A DNA stretch of 64,000 nucleotides, taken from the NCBI GenBank assembly GCA_020536535.1, contig JAHLWZ010000793.1, positions 117,239 through 181,238 on the forward strand, written 5' to 3'. Shown here piece after piece: positions 36,611 through 46,243 of the stretch (the first letter of the stretch is position 1; each line of letters begins with the position of its first letter). The stretch comes from Pelomyxa schiedti. Its lineage: Eukaryota > Protista > Evosea. Under the pieces are notes generated by a model, which saw only the letters and a program-made list of their open reading frames with translations, made no database searches and had not been told where the DNA came from. Made by a program: the position numbers and the translations under genes.

Positions 36611-38673
36611 TTATGCACAGGAACTAAGTAGTACTACAACTGCCGTGCCAATTGTTCCCAAAGCGGTGACAAGAATAAGAACCTACGAAAAACGGGAGGT
36701 TTGTGTGTATCTCGTAATAGGCTCGAATAGTACCAATTTGTCCACTTTTTTTGCTTTGGCTACAGCCACGTCATAGCGGATGCTCAGCTAAAGCAGCTTA
36801 GAGTTTTTTGATTCCGTTTGACTTACTTTTTTGATTTGCTTTTTCTTGTGCTTTCTATCTTCTTGGGGCTTTTCTGTTGCTTGTGACTGGGTACTATCTT
36901 CAGGTACAATAGGAAGTTCCTTCGCCATGGTCATACGTACGCCTTCTATATCATCTTCGTACTTGGCAACTTCAGTTGGCCCTTGCCCATCTATTTCTTT
37001 TTTTTTTTTTTTTGTTGTAGGGTCTCAGTCAGCTTTATTTTCTTCCACTGACCTTGGGCATCTGTGTAACTTGAGTCGGCGCCTGTTCCATCAGGTTGTG
37101 GGTGTTCCTTCTTTTTATTATCCTTAATGGAATGCTTCATCATAAGATTTTCAATAGATTTTAGCCACTGGTGAACCAGTATCATCTCAGCAAAAACTAA
37201 CAGGAGAAGAAAGAAGCACCAGTCACAAAGCCAGTCTGCTACTGTAACCTATTTGTAATCAGTTATGTCTTCTTTCCTGGGTAGGTTGGCTAACTTGTGC
37301 AGAATCGGGTAGCTTATCCCCAGTAGACATTGATATAAAAATTAGGCTCAGTACACCACCCGTTCCTATAGCGAGCCGTGCATCCAGCCTGAAAGGATCC
37401 AATACAATACCACCTATATGAAGTCAATAACTATCACCTAAAAAATCGATTCCCATACCAACTGTTACGCCGACAGTAATAATTATTGGGGGAAGAATCT
37501 TGCTAGTCATTAGACTGTGCATAGGGCTTGAAAAAAAGTACTTTAGCAATAAAGAACACCGACTTTCTTCTAATTTCAACTCCTAATTCCACATGTGAAT
37601 AATAACTCATGTCATCAGGGTATCCAAAACTTGTTGTATATGTGCTAGATGAATTACTATAACGAAGACTGGATATCTTTCTGTTAATTAGGAGATAGCA
37701 AGCGAAACAAGGGTACCTCAAATCCTGGGATATCCACAGTCCTAACGCATGTTATAAATAAAGAATTCTGTAGCTAAATACAAACCAATGATACCCAGAA
37801 GTCTCATCTGGGTGAATTATAACCACGCCTAATTTATTTATGATTTCATTCCATTGAACTCTCCTTCGTACTTTGATCGTATTTTATGTCTTCAAACTCC
37901 AGCATAAGAAGTTGGCTATCAAGGGGGTACTTCTTGAATTGGAAAGACATGGAAAACTGGACATGGTTTTAGTTGCCCAAAGTATCGGTATTTTTCAGAA
38001 ACTTGATCAGTAAAAAAGAATTGGTAATATAGCCAGCCAGGCTCTGGGTTGTCACAATAAGGGCCATAGTAGTCTACTAGTGCTGGGGCATTGATTTCAG
38101 GCTTGTAGTTTGTAGAATCGTATATATTTTCAAATTCAATGGTACTTCCCCTGCAAAAACTGCGTTAGTAGGAAATGAATTTATAGACGAAAGAATTATA
38201 CGTGTATATTAGTCCATCTACCATAGAGCAGCTTCTGAACTTGAGCCATGCATATCCCATAGCCCAAAAGGTATTAGAGAAGGGGTCGACATTTGATATC
38301 CCAGTTATGTAACTAGAGGAGGTAAAGAACGCCCCATTGAAAATGAAATGTAACTGTGCACATACATTCCAACCCAAACATGTATAGGTTCCACACTGAA
38401 AGAGGAATAAGAAGATGAAGTCCAAAGGGACGACCAAGAGACAGGTAAAGAGCAATTCCTCGTCTCCAAATACTCCAAATCGAAATTCACACACTGGAAT
38501 TCCACGTATTCCTCAGTTTCGTTGAGGCCCCCAGCTCCCCATTTGGCGCCTCCTCCCCAACCCCAAATATCTCCACCTCTCACTATTATGGGAGTTGGCA
38601 CAACATGCGACATGAGCCCAAGCACTACCACGCCCCAAAAAACCAGCGATACCCGCCGATTGTGGGTGGTCAT
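36611..38673 (-). CDS. Pentameric ligand-gated ion channel subunit, Pro-loop type without Cys-loop
   Basis: Spliced product has a signal peptide and VEPIHVWVG..YITGISNVDPFSNTFWAMGYAWLKF (beta1-beta2). It continues FSMSFQFKKYPLDSQLLMLEFED (Pro-loop YPxD) and YSHVELGVEIRRKSVFFIAKILPP (beta10-M1). Then M2 DARLAIGTGGVLSLIFIS, M2-M3 LPDSAQVTVADW, M3, a long charged loop and M4 VLILVTALGTIGTAVVVLL. Confidence 0.85.
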
Positions 38674-38721
38674 CTCCCCGTGCTTTTTTTTCAGTGAATT
38701 CCTTTTCCGCGAGTGAGGGAA

Positions 38722-39435
38722 ATGGCAACAACCGCCAACGGAGTAATAACAGCCAAGAGGCCCGTTATTTTTCTCGACGTGGATGGAGTGATCGTGCTGT
38801 TTGGCCGGCGGAACGCCTTCCACGAGCCCAGCGTGGACTCCCTCATGGACGTGGCGGCCCGGGCCGGCGCAACCGTGGTTCTGACCTCCAACTGGAAGAG
38901 GTACCCCGAGGATCTGGCCAAGGTAGAGGGGGCCCTGGCCGCCTGCAACGAGCGGAGGCGCCGCGCCGGGCTCGGCCTCGTGGCCCCGGCCGCCGCTGCC
39001 GAGGGAGGCGGGGAGGGGCCCAGGGGGGGCCTTATACACTCGTGCACGCCCGAGGGGGCCTTTGATGGCGACGTGGCAGTGGCGAGGTGCAGGGGAATTC
39101 TGGAGTGGCTGAACACTGGTTTGTGTGTGTGGGTGGCGCGTTTGGGTTTTTGGCCATTGGTTTTTTTTGGTTTTTTTTGGTTCGCCATTAATTTGGCATG
39201 TAATAATAATGTTTAATGGAGAGAAGGCCCTGGGGTGGACAGCTCTTGGGTTGCAGTGGATGACATGGCATTATCTGAGGTTGCAGACTCTGTGGGGTTA
39301 AACCCTTCTCACTTTGTCAGAACCAACAGAGAGCGGGGCATAACTCCGTAAGTTTGCTTGAAATTACTATTTTGCACCACATTCATAAATATCAGGAAAG
39401 ATGCCGAAAGCATGTACACGAAACTTACTTCCTGA
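38722..39435 (+). CDS. HAD-superfamily phosphatase, Swiss-Army-knife RNA-repair-associated type (HAD_SAK-like)
   Basis: Motif I VIFLDVDGVI, motif II VVLTSNWK, then RCRGILEWL and motif IV WVAVDDM after splicing, followed by HFVRTNRERGIT. Confidence 0.78.
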
Positions 39436-39660
39436 ACTCACCTGCACAGAACACCTTTTGAATAAATTTCCAACAGGACTCGAAAACGTTATAAATAACC
39501 CCTGTGCTTTCCTCCTTTGATTTCGCCACACCTGGCACCTCAGCATCAAATCAACTCAAATCAAACCAAATCGAAACGAACCGATTTTTTCGTTTCGCCC
39601 CGCCAACAGCCACACCATTTTCTTTTTTTCTCCCCCACTCTCGAGCCAGGCACTCTCGCA

Positions 39661-41125
39661 ATGTCGGACGCCAAAGCCCGAGCCGCAGCGGTGCTGGAGC
39701 AGGCCAAGCGAGACCGCGAGGAGGCCCTGAGGCGCAAGCAGCACCGGGAGCACCAGGAGAGGACGGAGAAGAGTGGGGCCGGGGGGACCACCAAGGGAGC
39801 GAGGCTGGGCAACAGGCTGTATATTACCCACGTGCCCCCGCTGCCCCCTGCCCCGCCCTCGGGCGACCCCCCTGTGTGTCTCCTTTGCCATTGTTTAGTT
39901 TGCTTGTTTGATGGATTGATTGTTTGTTGGCCTGGTTGATGGAGTTATGTATGCTTGTGTGCGGCAACGAAACTTCTACTCGTGGAATTAGTATGCGGGG
40001 GCAAATATATATATATTTTTTTGTTTGTTTGTTTTGGAAGCTCTGACCCACGTTTGAGGTTATGCCACTGTTGATATTCTTCCATGGCTCTGGAAACTTT
40101 GATTTGTGGGATTGGGTCCAAACAAAAACACAGTGGGTCAGTGGTAACATTTTGAATAATAATAATTTTATTATTTATCTCATGGTATTGCAGGTGGCCA
40201 CTGCTGATAAGTACCATTTTATACTATTATTTCCAGAAGCTCCAGGTGATGTTGTTGAGGGAAGAAGGTATGTTTTCGGCACGTAAGCAGTAATCCATTT
40301 GATCGAGATTCAGGCTTGAAGGAACCCAAAATATATGGAATGTAGATATTCCGACAGAAGACCTTTCATTTACACAAAAAGTGGTGCAGTTTTCCCCCGT
40401 GTAATTCCTTTGTTTTCACATACTCACAGATGGACGAAGTTATGTTTTCGTATCCTGTTGATCTCACCAAAGTCTTTGCCTGTGGTTTTAGGTATTCAAA
40501 AACAAATACAATAGTTTAATGTACGATCAGCACTGGAGCACTTTTTGTGACGAATGCCATTGTAAAGTTTTGTGATTGTTGGGTGGCAGGTGCCAATGTA
40601 ATGGGTGGAATGGTACAGTCTTCATATGCTATTGGAAAACCTTTTTTCTTATTTTCGCCAGGTTAAGCGGCGCGGTTCAATAATGCCACGAGAAGCCACA
40701 CAAACAATCCCATTCAAAATATTTGCAGCTCCAGAGGATATTATGCTTAGCTCTTGCGAACTAGCATCAAATGTGTTTCGAGATAGTGGCTGGCAAGTTC
40801 AGCTACAGATTTTACCCAGACAGGAGAAACACACTTGGCGTAACTTACCCAAAAACTCGCCCAAAGTAACATCAATACAGCAACTGGAATTGAAGAGGAG
40901 ATATGGACGTGGTTCCAGGAATCCACAGCACCACCACCACCACCAAGCACCCCAACAACCACAACAACAACCACCTCGCAATCCTCTACTACCACCACTG
41001 TAACTCCTTCAAAACCATCCACCCCAGCCCCAAAACCTGACCCAGAACCAGAACCAGAACACAAAGAATCCACCTCTGCAACGAGAAGACACCACCACCA
41101 TTCCAAGAAGACCACCAAGTCATAA
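39661..41125 (+). CDS. Alpha/beta-hydrolase, PHB-depolymerase/LpqC esterase-like
   Basis: Spliced: MPLLIFFHGSG, ADKYHFILLFPEA, WNVDIPTEDLSF, VDLTKVFACGFSTG (GxSxG; Ser codon split by intron 40492-40530), APED, KHTWPTGIEEEIWTWFQE. Thr/Pro-rich tail. Confidence 0.78.
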
Positions 41126-41206
41126 GTAAATCCTCATCCCCACTATACTGGACACCACCAACAGTATGTACCTATCCCTCACAGTTTTCCCACATTTCCA
41201 CCCAGC

Positions 41207-41580
41207 ATAAAAACAAAACAAAACCACCATTCCTGTTTACAAAATAGCCCCGTTCCAAACCATTCTTCACAATCTTTGTACTCGTAACACTGACTGCATA
41301 AGAAATTCCTCTGCAGTCAATCCCAAAATTCCCTAGCTTCGCGTTTATTTTTTCCCTTTCGAAAGATAGGGCCTTCGGCACACGATCAAAGCAATGTGGA
41401 GCCGAAATGCACCCCCGGGCGGCACGAGCGGGTACGCGAACCGAGGAGGAGGGACGGGGGCAGGGGGGGACGTAGTGTTCGAGGACACGGTGGCGCTGGG
41501 CGTGGGGGCAAGCAGCACGAGCGTGGGAGGGGGAGGCGGAGGCGGAGGGGGAGGGGGGATAAAGTACGCGGTGGTGGTCA
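41207..41580. other. Non-palindromic 374-bp spacer at the centre of the inverted repeat
   Basis: C41206 pairs with G41581, but A41207 versus A41580 is a mismatch. The AT-rich left half and the GC-rich right half do not pair with each other. Confidence 0.95.
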
Positions 41581-41615
41581 GCTGGGTGGAAATGTGGGAA
41601 AACTGTGAGGGATAG
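41394..41615 (+). CDS. Gly-rich short ORF: 5' end of a gene truncated by the fold-back, or a small complete gene
   Basis: ATG follows an AT-rich leader and opens a GC-rich stretch typical of first exons here (MWSRNAPPGG...GGGGGIKYAVVVS). Its last 11 codons and stop come from the inverted arm. Confidence 0.4.
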   Translation: MWSRNAPPGGTSGYANRGGGTGAGGDVVFEDTVALGVGASSTSVGGGGGGGGGGGIKYAVVVSWVEMWENCEG

Positions 41616-41661
41616 GTACATACTGTTGGTGGTGTCCAGTATAGTGGGGATGAGGATTTAC

Positions 41662-43126
41662 TTATGACTTGGTGGTCTTCTTGGAATGGTGGTGGTGTCT
41701 TCTCGTTGCAGAGGTGGATTCTTTGTGTTCTGGTTCTGGTTCTGGGTCAGGTTTTGGGGCTGGGGTGGATGGTTTTGAAGGAGTTACAGTGGTGGTAGTA
41801 GAGGATTGCGAGGTGGTTGTTGTTGTGGTTGTTGGGGTGCTTGGTGGTGGTGGTGGTGCTGTGGATTCCTGGAACCACGTCCATATCTCCTCTTCAATTC
41901 CAGTTGCTGTATTGATGTTACTTTGGGCGAGTTTTTGGGTAAGTTACGCCAAGTGTGTTTCTCCTGTCTGGGTAAAATCTGTAGCTGAACTTGCCAGCCA
42001 CTATCTCGAAACACATTTGATGCTAGTTCGCAAGAGCTAAGCATAATATCCTCTGGAGCTGCAAATATTTTGAATGGGATTGTTTGTGTGGCTTCTCGTG
42101 GCATTATTGAACCGCGCCGCTTAACCTGGCGAAAATAAGAAAAAAGGTTTTCCAATAGCATATGAAGACTGTACCATTCCACCCATTACATTGGCACCTG
42201 CCACCCAACAATCACAAAACTTTACAATGGCATTCGTCACAAAAAGTGCTCCAGTGCTGATCGTACATTAAACTATTGTATTTGTTTTTGAATACCTAAA
42301 ACCACAGGCAAAGACTTTGGTGAGATCAACAGGATACGAAAACATAACTTCGTCCATCTGTGAGTATGTGAAAACAAAGGAATTACACGGGGGAAAACTG
42401 CACCACTTTTTGTGTAAATGAAAGGTCTTCTGTCGGAATATCTACATTCCATATATTTTGGGTTCCTTCAAGCCTGAATCTCGATCAAATGGATTACTGC
42501 TTACGTGCCGAAAACATACCTTCTTCCCTCAACAACATCACCTGGAGCTTCTGGAAATAATAGTATAAAATGGTACTTATCAGCAGTGGCCACCTGCAAT
42601 ACCATGAGATAAATAATAAAATTATTATTATTCAAAATGTTACCACTGACCCACTGTGTTTTTGTTTGGACCCAATCCCACAAATCAAAGTTTCCAGAGC
42701 CATGGAAGAATATCAACAGTGGCATAACCTCAAACGTGGGTCAGAGCTTCCAAAACAAACAAACAAAAAAATATATATATATTTGCCCCCGCATACTAAT
42801 TCCACGAGTAGAAGTTTCGTTGCCGCACACAAGCATACATAACTCCATCAACCAGGCCAACAAACAATCAATCCATCAAACAAGCAAACTAAACAATGGC
42901 AAAGGAGACACACAGGGGGGTCGCCCGAGGGCGGGGCAGGGGGCAGCGGGGGCACGTGGGTAATATACAGCCTGTTGCCCAGCCTCGCTCCCTTGGTGGT
43001 CCCCCCGGCCCCACTCTTCTCCGTCCTCTCCTGGTGCTCCCGGTGCTGCTTGCGCCTCAGGGCCTCCTCGCGGTCTCGCTTGGCCTGCTCCAGCACCGCT
43101 GCGGCTCGGGCTTTGGCGTCCGACAT
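41662..43126 (-). CDS. Mirror copy: PHB-depolymerase-like esterase
   Basis: Reverse complement of 39661-41125. Confidence 0.75.
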
Positions 43127-43351
43127 TGCGAGAGTGCCTGGCTCGAGAGTGGGGGAGAAAAAAAGAAAATGGTGTGGCTGTTGGCGGGGCGAAACGAAAA
43201 AATCGGTTCGTTTCGATTTGGTTTGATTTGAGTTGATTTGATGCTGAGGTGCCAGGTGTGGCGAAATCAAAGGAGGAAAGCACAGGGGTTATTTATAACG
43301 TTTTCGAGTCCTGTTGGAAATTTATTCAAAAGGTGTTCTGTGCAGGTGAGT

Positions 43352-44065
43352 TCAGGAAGTAAGTTTCGTGTACATGCTTTCGGCATCTTTCCTGATATTT
43401 ATGAATGTGGTGCAAAATAGTAATTTCAAGCAAACTTACGGAGTTATGCCCCGCTCTCTGTTGGTTCTGACAAAGTGAGAAGGGTTTAACCCCACAGAGT
43501 CTGCAACCTCAGATAATGCCATGTCATCCACTGCAACCCAAGAGCTGTCCACCCCAGGGCCTTCTCTCCATTAAACATTATTATTACATGCCAAATTAAT
43601 GGCGAACCAAAAAAAACCAAAAAAAACCAATGGCCAAAAACCCAAACGCGCCACCCACACACACAAACCAGTGTTCAGCCACTCCAGAATTCCCCTGCAC
43701 CTCGCCACTGCCACGTCGCCATCAAAGGCCCCCTCGGGCGTGCACGAGTGTATAAGGCCCCCCCTGGGCCCCTCCCCGCCTCCCTCGGCAGCGGCGGCCG
43801 GGGCCACGAGGCCGAGCCCGGCGCGGCGCCTCCGCTCGTTGCAGGCGGCCAGGGCCCCCTCTACCTTGGCCAGATCCTCGGGGTACCTCTTCCAGTTGGA
43901 GGTCAGAACCACGGTTGCGCCGGCCCGGGCCGCCACGTCCATGAGGGAGTCCACGCTGGGCTCGTGGAAGGCGTTCCGCCGGCCAAACAGCACGATCACT
44001 CCATCCACGTCGAGAAAAATAACGGGCCTCTTGGCTGTTATTACTCCGTTGGCGGTTGTTGCCAT
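43352..44065 (-). CDS. Mirror copy: HAD_SAK-like phosphatase
   Basis: Reverse complement of 38722-39435. Confidence 0.75.
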
Positions 44066-44113
44066 TTCCCTCACTCGCGGAAAAGGAATTCACTGAAAAA
44101 AAAGCACGGGGAG

Positions 44114-46176
44114 ATGACCACCCACAATCGGCGGGTATCGCTGGTTTTTTGGGGCGTGGTAGTGCTTGGGCTCATGTCGCATGTTGTGCCAACTCCCATA
44201 ATAGTGAGAGGTGGAGATATTTGGGGTTGGGGAGGAGGCGCCAAATGGGGAGCTGGGGGCCTCAACGAAACTGAGGAATACGTGGAATTCCAGTGTGTGA
44301 ATTTCGATTTGGAGTATTTGGAGACGAGGAATTGCTCTTTACCTGTCTCTTGGTCGTCCCTTTGGACTTCATCTTCTTATTCCTCTTTCAGTGTGGAACC
44401 TATACATGTTTGGGTTGGAATGTATGTGCACAGTTACATTTCATTTTCAATGGGGCGTTCTTTACCTCCTCTAGTTACATAACTGGGATATCAAATGTCG
44501 ACCCCTTCTCTAATACCTTTTGGGCTATGGGATATGCATGGCTCAAGTTCAGAAGCTGCTCTATGGTAGATGGACTAATATACACGTATAATTCTTTCGT
44601 CTATAAATTCATTTCCTACTAACGCAGTTTTTGCAGGGGAAGTACCATTGAATTTGAAAATATATACGATTCTACAAACTACAAGCCTGAAATCAATGCC
44701 CCAGCACTAGTAGACTACTATGGCCCTTATTGTGACAACCCAGAGCCTGGCTGGCTATATTACCAATTCTTTTTTACTGATCAAGTTTCTGAAAAATACC
44801 GATACTTTGGGCAACTAAAACCATGTCCAGTTTTCCATGTCTTTCCAATTCAAGAAGTACCCCCTTGATAGCCAACTTCTTATGCTGGAGTTTGAAGACA
44901 TAAAATACGATCAAAGTACGAAGGAGAGTTCAATGGAATGAAATCATAAATAAATTAGGCGTGGTTATAATTCACCCAGATGAGACTTCTGGGTATCATT
45001 GGTTTGTATTTAGCTACAGAATTCTTTATTTATAACATGCGTTAGGACTGTGGATATCCCAGGATTTGAGGTACCCTTGTTTCGCTTGCTATCTCCTAAT
45101 TAACAGAAAGATATCCAGTCTTCGTTATAGTAATTCATCTAGCACATATACAACAAGTTTTGGATACCCTGATGACATGAGTTATTATTCACATGTGGAA
45201 TTAGGAGTTGAAATTAGAAGAAAGTCGGTGTTCTTTATTGCTAAAGTACTTTTTTTCAAGCCCTATGCACAGTCTAATGACTAGCAAGATTCTTCCCCCA
45301 ATAATTATTACTGTCGGCGTAACAGTTGGTATGGGAATCGATTTTTTAGGTGATAGTTATTGACTTCATATAGGTGGTATTGTATTGGATCCTTTCAGGC
45401 TGGATGCACGGCTCGCTATAGGAACGGGTGGTGTACTGAGCCTAATTTTTATATCAATGTCTACTGGGGATAAGCTACCCGATTCTGCACAAGTTAGCCA
45501 ACCTACCCAGGAAAGAAGACATAACTGATTACAAATAGGTTACAGTAGCAGACTGGCTTTGTGACTGGTGCTTCTTTCTTCTCCTGTTAGTTTTTGCTGA
45601 GATGATACTGGTTCACCAGTGGCTAAAATCTATTGAAAATCTTATGATGAAGCATTCCATTAAGGATAATAAAAAGAAGGAACACCCACAACCTGATGGA
45701 ACAGGCGCCGACTCAAGTTACACAGATGCCCAAGGTCAGTGGAAGAAAATAAAGCTGACTGAGACCCTACAACAAAAAAAAAAAAAAAAGAAATAGATGG
45801 GCAAGGGCCAACTGAAGTTGCCAAGTACGAAGATGATATAGAAGGCGTACGTATGACCATGGCGAAGGAACTTCCTATTGTACCTGAAGATAGTACCCAG
45901 TCACAAGCAACAGAAAAGCCCCAAGAAGATAGAAAGCACAAGAAAAAGCAAATCAAAAAAGTAAGTCAAACGGAATCAAAAAACTCTAAGCTGCTTTAGC
46001 TGAGCATCCGCTATGACGTGGCTGTAGCCAAAGCAAAAAAAGTGGACAAATTGGTACTATTCGAGCCTATTACGAGATACACACAAACCTCCCGTTTTTC
46101 GTAGGTTCTTATTCTTGTCACCGCTTTGGGAACAATTGGCACGGCAGTTGTAGTACTACTTAGTTCCTGTGCATAA
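44114..46176 (+). CDS. Mirror copy: pentameric ligand-gated ion channel subunit
   Basis: Reverse complement of 36611-38673; YPLD codons at 44858-44869. Confidence 0.83.
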
Positions 46177-46243
46177 ACTTGTTTCATGTAGGTAAAGAAA
46201 AAATGTACAAATGGATGTATTTGTTTTTAAAAAAGAAACAATT

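Larger units (their letters stand above)
18787..41206. repeat. Left arm of a giant inverted repeat (at least 22.4 kb)
   Basis: Mirrored ORF pairs have coordinate sum 82787 and identical translations. The pairing ends at 41206/41581 and reaches the window end (64000 pairs with 18787). Confidence 0.98.

Noticed and set aside
41560-41615. KYAVVVSWVEM resembles the kinesin motif Y-x-V-x-V-S-x-x-E-I-Y-N-E
   Set aside because: Half of the match comes from the inverted arm beyond the junction, YNE is absent and there are no other kinesin motifs.
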